A stretch of DNA of 64,000 bases from contig OZ234494.1 in assembly GCA_965153455.1 (NCBI GenBank), positions 10,788,001 to 10,852,000 of the forward strand, written 5' to 3'. Of the stretch, positions 12,201-26,489 are shown piece by piece; within the stretch, counting starts at the first letter, position 1; every line of letters begins with the position of its first letter. The notes beneath the pieces are model-generated. The model searched no databases, was not told the DNA's origin, and saw only the letters and a program-made list of their open reading frames with translations. The translations under genes and the position numbers were made by a program. The stretch is from Sphagnum compactum (Eukaryota).

Positions 12201-14241
12201 TCTATATACATATATATACATATTATTTTTTAATTTAAAAGAAATTTCTCACAAATGCCCTTTGAATGAGTCACATTGGATTTTTTCTTGCCCACAAAGG
12301 TGATCAATATTTTGCAGGAGAAAAAAAACCCCTCAAGTTACAAGGGCAATAACCTGCATGATGACCATCTTTTTGATCCAAAATTACCACCCACAATTGC
12401 CCTAAATAACAACATAAGCCAAGCAGCAGCATGTTTTGAGAATTGTTTTGACAAGGGCAGTCCCCCATGGGGAGTGATTCTTTTAATGAGCCAAAATTTT
12501 ATCCCCCACAAGAGGACCCAAATAACAGAAGCCAAGTTCAGTAACTTGTTTTGGCATGTACGATAAGGCCCAAGGAATCAAGCATTCCTGAAATGAGTGC
12601 CTCCTGCTGACAAGCCCATCATTTCTGGTAAAATGCCTTTACATGAAAGCCAACATGGTTTGGCATGTAAGTTAAGACTCAAGGACTAAGATTTTAGGGT
12701 TAGGGTTTAAGGCATTCCTGAAATGATGGCTGCCTGACGGAACCAGCACCCAACAGTGTACCATGAAAGATGGATGGTCAGTAGTCAGGAAACAGTTTTC
12801 TGTTGAGTTCCAGTTCCATGGCTAACCATGGTAGTTAGCTCAATTGCTTTTTTCAAACTACATACCTACCTACTAACAACCCACAAGCAGGCTGTTAGAA
12901 GATAGGTAGTAAAGACAGCCCTTAACTATCTAAAAACCATCTAAAACCCATCTATTTACTTGGTAGTTAATTATTTTCGTACCTACCTACCTACCTATAT
13001 ATAAGACCTACTTCTTATACCATGGGTAACCAAGGTGAATCGAGATATTAACTCAGTTGAGCTTCATCCACGAGTGAGTCAAAAGGGGCATCCAAGTGGA
13101 TGGTGCGCTGGTGGGTGCTGGTTTGCTCTGGCCTTTCTCTCTGACAGGCCATCTTTTTGTTTTGGTACTGCGTCGTCGCCTTACGCCAAAACACTTGAAT
13201 CCAAACTCTGTCGGGTAATAAATGTCACCAGAAAAATATCATGTGAAGTAAATTCTGTCATGTAAGGTGCTACCCAACTATACACTAAGAGACCAACCGA
13301 GGGTGAACTACTGACCCACACACTCATGAGCTTGACCTTTTTGAGTGAGGCCTCTTAGTAGTGAATTCTCTTTAAAAATCTATCATTTTGGGGGCTTATA
13401 TTAGGCCCCAAAAAATTTAAGATTTTGGACTCAGAGACCCTGATTTAGACCAAGCCTCCGAGGTTTGAATACCTATTTAGAAGCAATTTAAGGGGGAATT
13501 TTGGATTTTTACCATACAAATGGGGTAACCTGTGAACAAAAAAGCCTAGGGCAGCTTTAGCACAAATTACATTACCTACTTTTAGAAACACTGAAAATTT
13601 CAAAAAAAAAAATTCAAAAGAAAAAAAAAATTGTTGAAAGAAAATGGAGATTTTTTTGGAATTTGCAGGAATATTATTATTATTATTTGAAATGAAATCT
13701 TCAAAATTAATTAAATTATTCAGCAGACATTGTGCTGAAGAGCTTGCCCATGTACTATGGTATTGGAATGTGACGACAGGTATCTAAACCGTAATACTAA
13801 ACCATTTCTGCCTGATTCCTCCCCCATTTGCTCTAGACCATAACATTGGGGTGATTTAGTAGTGTTAGGCGGACTCCACATATCTACAAACAATGGTCTA
13901 GTTTTTGATACCAGAGTTCGGATGGCACCATTGTTGATACTAGACGTATTGGCAATGATACCATATCTAATGTAAGCCTCTAAACCAGACCATATAATCC
14001 TTGCATCACACTGGGGTGAGAGATGAATGAATGAATGAATGAAGCCAGGGAGCATTTATATGCCCCCACTTTCTCTCTTTCTCTCATTTATATGCCCCAC
14101 ATGAACTGTGTTGTACTGGCTCCTCTTATTATGCCTGTCTACTGGACACAATCATCAATCAACATGGAAATACACGGATTCTGAAACATTTCAGAGTTGC
14201 TCACCAGACTGCAAGTCAAAACTGCAGTGCCACCAAGTAAC

Positions 14242-14247
<6 letters not shown>

Positions 14248-14280
<33 letters not shown>
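14248..14280. repeat. (GT)n microsatellite
   Basis: About 16 perfect GT units. Confidence 0.95.
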
Positions 14281-14281
<1 letters not shown>

Positions 14282-14905
14282 TGATCTTTTCTGGTAGATA
14301 CTCTGCTTTTGTGTAAAGGCATCTCCTGCTGTCTGCAAGCTGCAAGCTGAACATCACACAACACTCTTACGTTGTACAATCTATGCTGGGTACTTACTTA
14401 CTAGCTAGCTACTAGTTACTTCCATATGCTCTTCCCAAATTCAACTGACCCATTTCATGATGTTTCTTAGACAACTTAAGACAGCAGTTTTCAGTCCACG
14501 TCTACCATTTTTCCATATCTTCCTCCCATTTTCTTCCTCATCAAAGTTTGGCAAGTTTCACATCAATTTCCAGCAGGTTATCACGTTCTTGAAAGTGGCA
14601 GGTGCAGATAGGATGTACCCAAATTGGCAGACTTTGTTGGAAGTGGGCAGATACCCAATTAGCCGGGTTTCACATAGTTTGAAGCCTTCTTGTTCCTTCA
14701 AACTCATGGCAACAAAAATGACTAGCTAGGCTAAGTCCTTCAAACTGGAAGGCAATAATTCGATCAATGCTTTTATCCAAGGGGAGGCACTTCAAAAAAA
14801 AATCCTTCACAAAATTCTTAATCTTGAAAAAATTGTCATGCAAAACTTGTTTGTAACTTTTTTTTGGATAAAGGGTATGTGTTGGTCAATTCCTTTACTC
14901 TCAAA

Positions 14906-15166
14906 CAGCATTTTTACTTGGCAAACAAAATGAAACAAAATCCAATGTGAAAAAAAAATGCACCAAAGTTGCCAGATTTTGAGGAATTTGTTTTCCAAAA
15001 TCGGCATATTTAGACAATATGTTTCAGTAGGTTGCCAAAAATATAGCAGGATTCTTTTTTAAAAATTACTTTCCACTCAGACCTGTAGCCAAATTTGGCT
15101 AATTCCTCTTGTGAATGATCGCCAGTGTAAAACATCACAAAATTGAAAAAGAAAAAACAACCCCTG
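14906..15166 (+). mobile_element. hAT-type MITE copy
   Basis: CAG...TTTT / AAAA...CTG ends, flanked by an imperfect 8-bp direct repeat (CTCTCAAA / CTCTGAAT). Internal core shared with 28808-29167. Confidence 0.55.
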
Positions 15167-15469
15167 CTCTGAATATTGGAGGAGTTTTGTCACTAGGCAT
15201 TTTCATGTGTTTATTCCAAGAATATATTATTTTCTGTAGGTATTTGTTGTTGGAATTCAATTTAATGTGAAAAGGGTTTTAATGTTTTTTCGTGTTTCAG
15301 TAAACAATTTTGAAAACCATTGCTTAATTATTTTATTTTATTTCAATTTTCCCCTTTTTCTTTTCAACTTCATGCAAGGTGGAGAAGTGCTGTTAATACA
15401 CTCGTGATTTAAATGGCACGATGACCACAAAACGGAAGGTTATACAACTTCAGAACCTGTTTGGGGATA

Positions 15470-17340
15470 ATAAAGTTTTAAATTTGAGCTTCACTTTGAA
15501 AATGTGAGAAAGAGATAAGAATAATGGTAAAGGAGATGGAGCTTTATCAATTTGATAATATCCCACATTAACATATACTTGATGTGCCTTTTCATGTTAT
15601 TCTTTTTAAAGGTATTGAAATAATAAATTTTTTGGATAGTAATTTTCTGAATTACATACGTGCTCTACTTGTTCATCAGTTTCGGCAACAAACTGCTGAA
15701 TAATTAATTAAGTTTAAAATTTTAACTTCAGCACTTGGTTTTTTAATTCTGAAATTTTTGGCAAGCAATGGTTATAAAAAATAATAAACATATTCTTGTT
15801 ATGTTTCTGGGACAAATTAGTGTGTCTAGACTGTCTTAGTCTTAATTTCTTGAATGTTTAAGGTTTGCAATTCAAGCCCAACAATCAAAAACTTGCAAAT
15901 CCTTAATTTTATAATAATTATAAAAATTTCAGCACAAGTAACAAATAAAAATTCAAAATTTTTGCAAAATAAAAAATAAGTTAATTTATGCTGAAATCGA
16001 TCATGTGTTACGATATATAGTATGAATCACTTGAAACCATGGACTCTAGATAGATCTAGAGAATATATATATGTTAGAACCTTGTGACTTGGAAAAAACT
16101 TTGGTTTATGGAATATTTTCTAATAGTTAAATAAATCTTAAAATTCCAAATTTAAGCTTCGATTGAAAATGTGAGAAAAACATAAGAATGTTGCACAAAT
16201 TCTAAAACCTAAGCTTTGAAATTGGCTCAACAATTGCATAAGACTAAATGAAATCATTTGTTAAAATATTAATTGTTCTTATGTTGTGTTCCAAAATTGA
16301 ACAGTTACCTTTTAAGCATTGAGTGATTAATAGCATATTTCAATGTTGTCAATGAAAAGTTTAAGAGGTAAATTTCACTTAAATATTACATCCGAATAAT
16401 GTGTCAATTTTATTTTGAAATCATGTTGAAAATTGTTGGGAGCAATTAAATCCATACAATTCATCATTTGCAATATATTTCAATATATACCTTGTTGAAG
16501 ATGGTGTTAGTATGCATTCTTATCATCACTTTCATTTCATTTGCTTTAATTTAATATTCACTCCTTAATGATTCTTTTTAAATGTCTTAGCAAAATGTCA
16601 TGTTTCATTTTTACTCTCAAGAAATGAAAGATGTGTGTAAACAATTAAATTGATACATCATATATATTTCAATTCTAATACACGAACAAATACAAACTTG
16701 TATATAGTTTTCATGTTGCATTTTTTTTTTATTGCAAATGATTGATGTCACTTTCCAAGTTTTGGTTCCCAACGATGCATTAAGTTTTAAATTATTTTTA
16801 AATTGCCCAAAACTTTGATATTTGAAAATGCCACAAAAATTGCATAAGTCTAAATGAAACAATTTAAATTTTGTTTAAATGTTCTTACATTGTGTTCCAA
16901 AATCAAACAATGTGTTTTATAGCATATTTAGGCATTGCTAATGAAGAATTTAAAAGGTAAAACTTCATTTGCATTTCAATTTAATCCCAATAATGTGGCA
17001 TTTTTCAAGTTGCATTTTTAATATTACAAGTGATTGATGTTACTCTCCAAATTTCAATTACAACAATGAATAAAATCATTAAATTATTGATGAATTAGCA
17101 AAAGCTTTGACATTTGAAATTGCCACAATAATTGCATAAAAGCAAATGAAACATACCTAGAAACTATAACATTATTTTCCCCTAATCATCTACATGGACA
17201 TGAGAAAGCACATGTTATTTCTTGAAGAGGTATTGAAATAAACTTCGTTTGAAAAATATATATTCTGAATCACATACATACACGTATATATGGGCCACTT
17301 AAAACCATAGACTTTAGATAAATTTAGAGAATACAGTTAA
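15470..17340. repeat. AT-rich patchwork of locally duplicated degenerate blocks (decayed repeat/TE)
   Basis: Recurrent blocks: TTGAAAATGTGAGAAA at about 15496 and 16163; AATTGCATAAG.CTAAATGAAA at about 16232, 16838 and 17130; CACTT.AAACCAT.GACT.TAGATA at about 16028 and 17297. Confidence 0.7.
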
Positions 17341-20300
17341 TGTAATATCCCAGCCAGTCTTAAAGAGAGAGAAAGAGAGAGAGAGTGTGTGTGGGGGGAA
17401 GGGGGGGGGAGGATCATACTTTAAATGTAGGTTAACAAGATGAACAAGGGCATTGAAGAAAGGAGGGTTCATGCGAGGCAATAGCCTAGGGAAAAATAAT
17501 TACATATTACATTTAATAAAGTTGTAGTTTAATCCCTTATACTAGTTGCAATATAATAGGAAATGTAATATCCTCTCACTCTTGAGGAGTAGGTGTAAGG
17601 TCCCACATGCACTTGAGGAGTAGGCATAAAAGACCCCCCCCTTCCTATTCCTCACAATCTACATGTTTAGGTTCATCATAACATTAACCTCATGCTTTAT
17701 GATGGGTGAAGTTTTACACATTCTTTTTTTTCTTTAGCAAAATGGGGAAGAAGGGTCAAGTTATCTTTTCCTTTCTTAACAACATGAATGGGTTGTTCAT
17801 TTGTATCATCATTAAATGAGTTGTGTAGCCTAATCAATAGTTGGCCACTTGTGACATCTCCATTGGTTTTTCATCTCTTCTTCTTCTAATCAATTTTGAA
17901 TCACAAAGGAAAAACAACTAGTAGCCTCTTCTTCATAAGCACCTTTTGATTTTGGCCACGACCAAATCTCACAAAAAAACACAAGCACCGCAAAATTTCT
18001 CCATTGCAAAGCTCACAAAAATTCATGCTCACACAAATTCCCAAGCACCCTAGCATCTGTCCATTGCAAAAGTTCACAAAAACACATTCTCACAAACATT
18101 CTCACACCCCCCAAATTTTATCCATTGAAATAGCTCACACACCATGTCAAAGTTTTGCAAAGAACACACATTTTGTGCCAATCACTTTATTTAAAAAATT
18201 GAATGCTTTTTATAGAAGGAAAAAATTGCACATTGTTGAAGCTCACAAAAAAATCGCAAGCTTCATACAATTCTTCTAAAACGCTTCACAACAAATTTAG
18301 TGGAGCTGGTGGTGATAGATGGGGTCAACATAGGAGTAGAGGGGATCAATGTGTTTATAGAGGAGGTCAACTCACAAATAGGAGCAATTGACGCAAGAGG
18401 GGGAGAGAGGTTGAAGTTGAAAAGGGATGTTTTGATTTCACTTGTTCTTTTGAGTGTCAAAGTTGCAAGTATTCGCCTACTTCCATGTTTGGGACTTGAT
18501 TGTCATGAATTGTAAAAAATGTTAGTGCATTTTGCCCTCTAAAATGGATGTCTTTTTCAATGTAGCAATTGCCATGTTGGTAAGGGCCTTTGCTTGTTGC
18601 TTGATTGCACATTTTTCAATTTTTGTGGCCTTCTAGTTTTTTTTTTGTTACAAGACAACTTTGAGGACATTTCTAGGTGGGAGCCACAACTACACCCTCA
18701 ACTACTTTTAATTCTTCTCAAATATATATTCCCTAAGCACTAATACATCTATTGCAAACAAACGTCTAGGCCTTTTCACGGACATTAGTTTTTCAATTCT
18801 ACGCTTTTGTTTAAGCTTTGTTCACCAAGGTATATCTTTGAGGAGAAACCAACAATGAATCAATATGAAAGACACATTCATCTTTGGACTCGTCCAATTC
18901 CAAAGCTTTTTAAAAAACATCCTCACTACAAACACCACTCCAAGAAAAGCCCCATAATTATTACAAAATTTGGAAATATCTTGTTGTTATTAGCCCCATT
19001 TTGTCTTCAAGCTCTTAGTTCGATGCTCTCCACAACTAGTAGGCTTGTTGTTGTAACGCACTCCTAGGAAGCTTGACTTTTTTGGCCATTTCCAATAATG
19101 GGATTGTTTTTCCTTACAATTGTTTTTTTCCTCCTTCAGAACAATTTTTTTCTCCCTTCTCACCCCTCTAGTTTTTCCATCTTGAGTTGCCATGGTGTTG
19201 AAACACAAGGATGGCCTGTGAGATGGCAAGAGAAGATTTGCAGATACATAAATTCAGTCTTAGATCTGGAAGTTGAAGGTCCTGTACTGAGATCCAAGCT
19301 GACCAAACTGATTGCTGAAGCTACAACCGCTGGCATGTGAAGTTACATCCCCACAAGAGTGATGGTTGCCAGAGCTGAAGTGGTTGTGGAGTGATGAAGA
19401 TTGGTCTATGCATATCAAGATGACATGGTTCCAGAGGATATGCTGAAGAAGAAATTTTCATTGCAGATTGTATTGATCCTGCAATTATGAAATCCATTTG
19501 CAGAGCAAAAACATGGCAATGAGGGTTGCAACAACTCCAGCTTCAAAATGCGGTTGGAGAATTTGCTGCCAAATGAAGAACTTTTTACTGAAATCTTCAA
19601 CAGTAGATTTTTAATGGGTAAGGAAAGATCCCCATCATGTTGCAACAGGTGTTCACACTTGGTGTTCGCACAAGACGCATAGGCTCCTTCAAAAGCAACG
19701 AAGCTGAAAGTGCTGCATTCTAAGAATGAGCATTTTGCTTGCAGATATTAGAGAGGTGATCAAGAAATTGAGCACATGATCAAGGGGTGCAGCTGGAGTC
19801 CAGAGCACACCAAGTTCAGCCATGCCAGCTCCTAGGTGACAATAAGCAGCAGCATATGTGAACCTTACTGAAGCTACATTTGGAATTGAAAAAAAGATGT
19901 CATGCCACCACTGGAGAAACTATGTACCAATAGCAAACCCTATCCAGATAAGCAACCACTGGATCTCTACTAGGTCTCTACTAATACACCACTGAAGATG
20001 TGACAATGCATAAGAAGAGGGGTCAGTGGAATGCACAACCCAGGAAGCCAAGGGTAAGAGAAACTCCTGCCAACTGCACAAAGCAAGAAGAAACAACTAC
20101 CTAAACAACTACCCAACAACATACTTTTTATCTTTTGGGAAGTTGTGTATGGTGTTGAAATACAGAACCTCACAAAAGATAAAAACATTTGCGTGCAGTC
20201 ATGATTAGACCAAAGGCACTTGGAAATGTTTGACCATATCTTGAGACATTAGATGAGGGGTATCTCTATACTCTGAATGTCCAGGTTAACATCATTGGGT

Positions 20301-20528
20301 ATTGTCAGGTGATCATCCTTGCATTTTCAGTAATGAATCAAAAAGCACACAGGCCATTTCACACAAGAAAGGTAATAGAATAATGTATATGAAAGCAGAG
20401 TAGCAGTTTACTTGAAGATTGTGTTTCACATGCCACAACAAGAAATCCTTGTGGTTTCCAATACAGAAAAAAGGCCTGCCTTCACTATTACTCAAGATAC
20501 TTCAACATCTGCACATAGACACAGTACA

Positions 20529-22142
<1,614 letters not shown>

Positions 22143-22865
22143 CTTGGCAGAACGAGATCGAAACCCCCGCAGCAAAAACAAAAACAAAAGAACCCAAACC
22201 AAAGAAGCAGACAAACAAATGGGAGGCGCGAAGAAGAGCAGAAGTGACGACGAGATCGAACTCCCCGCAACGAAAGAAAACCCAAGAAGGCAAAGAAAGC
22301 AAGCAAACGAGGAGAGGGTAGAAGGAAGGCGCGAAGGAAGAAGAGAAGCGCAAGACGAAGTAGAAGACGAGAAAATAGAACAGATAAAGAAAGGCCAGCA
22401 AAAGAAGGGAAGTAGGAACTGCGCGGTCACATGAGTGACAGCTCACCGCTAAAATCTACGCAATTTATGGATTCTTCGAAATGTCTCCAGTTTTGGTTCC
22501 ACTGAAATCTACATATTTTCTAATTACTTCAAGTGAGCTTATGGACCAGGTAACTGGCAACAGGTAGCCGCCGGTTACAAGTGAGGTAGCCGGCTACTGA
22601 AAGGTCGGGTAAGCCTCTTCTCAATATTTGATGTCCTGTTTGGACGACACAATGCATACATAGGAAAAGAATGATGAGAAAGTTTCGCTTGGTGAACACG
22701 AACATTCACCGGAGAACAAAATCAGAGCTTGAGAACCTTTTGGACCAGAGGTTTTTATGCACTAGATAACTGGCAAGAGGTAGTCAGTGAGATATCGAAA
22801 ACAGCTAAGGATGCAAGAGCGGCAAAGGTACTTCAAGTAATCGATGACATTAAACCGAAGACAAT

Positions 22866-22960
22866 CAATCCACTGTTCAAGAGTGACAACATAACCCTCT
22901 TGTTGAGGGATGAGAAGTCGGGCAATCCACTGTTCAAGAGTGACAACATAACCCCTCTTC
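22866..22960. repeat. Direct duplication, 32-bp identical core at 57-bp period
   Basis: CAATCCACTGTTCAAGAGTGACAACATAACCC at 22866 and 22923. Confidence 0.9.
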
Positions 22961-24425
22961 TCAATGGACCAAATTTCATAACCAATGTCTTGTCCAGATG
23001 ATGATGCATGCACGGGAACGGAAGGGTGAAAGGTTATACTATGCTTGGTGGAGGATGAATTAGAATGGTTCAGAACTTTAGGTTATGGTTTCAGAGATTT
23101 TTTTTGAACAGGGTTGTTCACAGGTAGATGGGTGTGGTTAGACTATGGTTACATTCTAAATGTGGAGTGCTAGGTATGAATGCACTACACAGGCTGTAAA
23201 TGAAGAGGATGAGAGGAGGAACCCAGGAGGCCACTTGGTGCAATTATTGTGGGAAAAAATTAATATCTTTATTTAATATTATTTTAACAATAATTTTTTG
23301 AGATTCAAATCTCTTTCAAACGAAACCCTGAATTTGTTTTTGAGTAGTAGGTCTGCCCGCGATAGGTCTGCCCCGCAGCATTGTCGCTTCCCTTCCTGAA
23401 GGGCAAGGGCCCAAATTCGAATTTTGAAAAAAGAAAAAGAAAAGCCTATTGTGTATATCTTGTGTCAATTGGTCAAAACTTAACGGATCTAAGAATGGGT
23501 CGGCTTGGAAGATCTGGACCATCCACGCGACAAAAAGATCGAGGTGCTCAGAAAAATTCAAAACAACGTAAACGATTTTTAGCCATCCGATTTCAGATCA
23601 CAGATCTAGATTCAAGACACACTTGCTAACGGCTTTTCAAGTTAGACCTCTCAATTTATTTCCTGATTTTAAAAAAGAAATTAATTTTGGGGGATCCGAC
23701 CGTTGCTCGGTAATGAGACATACAAGCGTTTTTCTGTTATGGTCAGGTCCAAAATCAATTTTTAAAAAAACATTTTAATTTGATTTTATGGTTTTCTTTT
23801 CACGTTCAAATCGGGAAAAACGCGAAAAGAAAGAAACGTTAATGTCTGGGGTGGCAGAGTAATGTCATAATTTTCTTTACACTTCATAATCTTCCGTCGA
23901 TGATCATACACACTCATAATATAGGTACTAAACGAAATGTGTCTGTTGAAACGAGTTTTCAAAAAATCGTTGAATCTGCCGCCCCAGAGCATTAATGTCA
24001 TGGAATGGCCTCGTCCTTGCTCATTACGACGTTGGGTGTGACACCTGGCTCACCCTAATAGGGCTCGTCTGTCGCCTTACTATGCATAATGAGCAGCGAT
24101 TTGACCATTCCAGAGTATGTAACGTCCAGCGCCTGCCCGTTTCATCATCCGCTCGTTTGGTCGTAAACAGATTCCGTTTTGCAGAAACAACGCCGCCGTT
24201 GTTGTCGTTGTTCCTCGCGTTGCATGCGCTCTCGCGTCTCCCTCCTTTACTCTGATTCTCAAGCGTTTTTTCTCGTGCGATCTTCTCTCCTTCCTTTTGA
24301 TACTGGATCTTTGTTGTTGTGTTCTTGATTTTCTTACATTTTGCAGTTCATTAGTAGTTTTCCCAGAACCTTTATTCTTTTTTGAACTGACACATTATTA
24401 TTGTTTCTTTTCTTCTACACACCTA

Positions 24426-25113
24426 CAAACTCTTCACCGCACGCTTGCAGTCCCGTTTGTTCGTTGTTGGCAGTAATTCAAAACAAAGTTTGCGAGCTCT
24501 GCGTACTTGCAACTCTTGTCTTTTGGAGGTTCGAGGTGTGGCTTCACTCGTGTGGCTAAAGTTCTCACAGGTAAGTAATGACTATGTGTTCTGCTTTGTA
24601 CTCCTCCGATTCTACTCGATGCGTATCTATTACGATTACAAGACGTGACGGTTTTGGCTGCCATCTTTTTCCTTTTTATTCTTCTTGTTTTCTGTGGCTT
24701 GGAGGTCCAGAATTGGAAATGCCGTAGACTGTTGCAGAGAATAGGATCGTCGCGTTTCAGGCTCTTTCTTGCACCGCCATAATGTTTCTTTTCCTGTAGT
24801 CCAACAAACTCTTTACCGCACGCTTGCAGGACCGTTTGTTCGTTGTTGGAGCTCTGCGTTCTTGCGATTCTTGTTTTCTAGGAGGGTCGAGATCCGGCTT
24901 CACTCGTGGGACGGGCGGCTTCAGCTCAAACAGGTACGTAACTTGTGTGTTCTGCTCTGTACTTCTCCCTTTCTACTCCGTGTGTATTACGATTGTCAAG
25001 AAGTGACAGTTTGAACGACTGTTTTTGTTTTGTTTTCTCTTTTTTCGCTTTTTTCTGGTTTTTGTTTTGGAGGTCCAGAATTGGAAATGCAGTCGACTGT
25101 CGCAGAGAATAGA
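24426..25113 (+). repeat. Tandem duplication (about 379-bp period) of a putative 5'UTR exon plus splice donor of the 4-TM gene
   Basis: CAAACTCTT.ACCGCACGCTTGCAG..CCGTTTGTTCGTTGTTGG and GGAGGTCCAGAATTGGAAATGC..GACTGT.GCAGAGAATAG each occur twice. Donors are CAG|GTAAGT (24571) and CAG|GTACGT (24934). Confidence 0.9.
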
Positions 25114-25602
25114 GGGATGCGGATATTGCGGATATTTTCCAGTAAACAGTTTTATCATTCTCAAACCGTTGTCAAGAGATAGTGTTCAGCTTTGCAAGAA
25201 CATAGTCCTCTGATACTGTAATGATGCCGTGAAGTTTTACTGCGTTCTGCTTGCTCAAGATCCAGGGCAAACTTCTACGTCTTCCATTTTTGTGTAACAA
25301 AACTTCGATGCAGTTTCGTAGTATGCGCTCAGAATGCTAGCAGCTCTCTCAAAAGAGAAATTGAGTGATCTGGTTTTCGAGAAGGCTGTTTTCAGCTCAA
25401 GAAGGGTGTTATGAGATGATGTCAGTGTTTCCAGACTAGGGCTTGAGGATGTGAACATCTCTGTCGTCTCAGTTGTGAATGACAACAGTAGAGAGAAATG
25501 TCAACCTTTCTGTGTACCCTACTTCAAGATCACTGGAATTGGCAATTGACATTTCTGGCAGAGTCACACAGGTGTGTGAAATTGGAAGGGAAGTCTGGAA
25601 TC

Positions 25603-26489
25603 ATGGCAGGGAGATCACTCAAAGGGCAATTGGCGTTTGTATCAACTGGCCTTCTCTCTATTTTGAACCTTCTGGCCACCATCGGAGGGATTGCAGGCAT
25701 TGTGATCATTTGTGCACTGGAGCATGCACCCAGCAGTATAGGATGGCTCTTGATTGTTGTAGGAGGTTTCACAGTGGCTTCAGGATTGATTGGGATTTTT
25801 ACAAGCAATCGGCGAGGTTGCTTCACATGGCAAGCAGTTCTTCTGATGTTTGCTCTTGTTGGTCTGATTTCGGCATCCTTGGTCATTTTCTTCAAGCCCA
25901 CTCTGGTTCTGCAACGGATGAATCTCAAAATTAGTGAATCCAGTGCCCGGAAGATCATGAAGTTTCAGGCTGCGATTTTCTTCATCGTGTTCTGCATTGA
26001 TGTGAGTGTCTTGTCATCGTTTTATCAATGGTTGCAATGCAACGATACTCTTTATTGTATACATCTCTTTCTTTTGATTTCACACAATTCAAAACATGTT
26101 CAGACTCTATTGCCATAATGCTGCTGCAACCAAAGTCTTTGGTGGGTGAAGTGCTTCTATTGGTGTGAAGTTTTGGTGAGTAGTTAGCTGCTGGACAGTC
26201 TCATTGGTTCTTCTTCACCTAATCTTTCAGTGGTTCATTTGTTCAGGTGATGGTCCTTATCCTTGGTACCTGTGTGAACTGCTGTGATCTTGTTGATTAT
26301 TATGAGGACCTTGAATTGGCAAACCGCAAGAGAGCTGACCTGGGACGCACACAAGCTGAGTCAGGTCGACGAGCATCCAAGAAAGAAGACACAAAAGCAT
26401 CTCAGCTGGCACAGAAAATGAAAGACAAGTATGGGAAGTGGACGAGTGATGGTGAAAGTAACACAAACAGGAGGGCCACACTTGGATAG
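25603..26489 (+). CDS. Uncharacterised four-transmembrane (tetraspanin-like topology) plant protein, 213 aa
   Basis: Exons 25603-26001 and 26247-26489 (phase-0 GT-AG intron). Four hydrophobic helices, Cys cluster after TM4 (TCVNCC), charged C-terminal helix ...AQKMKDKYGKW. Confidence 0.85.

Noticed and set aside
12855-13125. Distinct segment with (CCTA)n and a weak hairpin, possibly a structured RNA or SINE
   Set aside because: No tRNA cloverleaf, Pol III boxes or second copy identifiable in this window.
19227-19620. Possible decayed coding exon downstream of the - strand tubulin
   Set aside because: Composition looks coding-like and it ends at a GTAAGG donor, but all + frames contain stops and I recognise no family.
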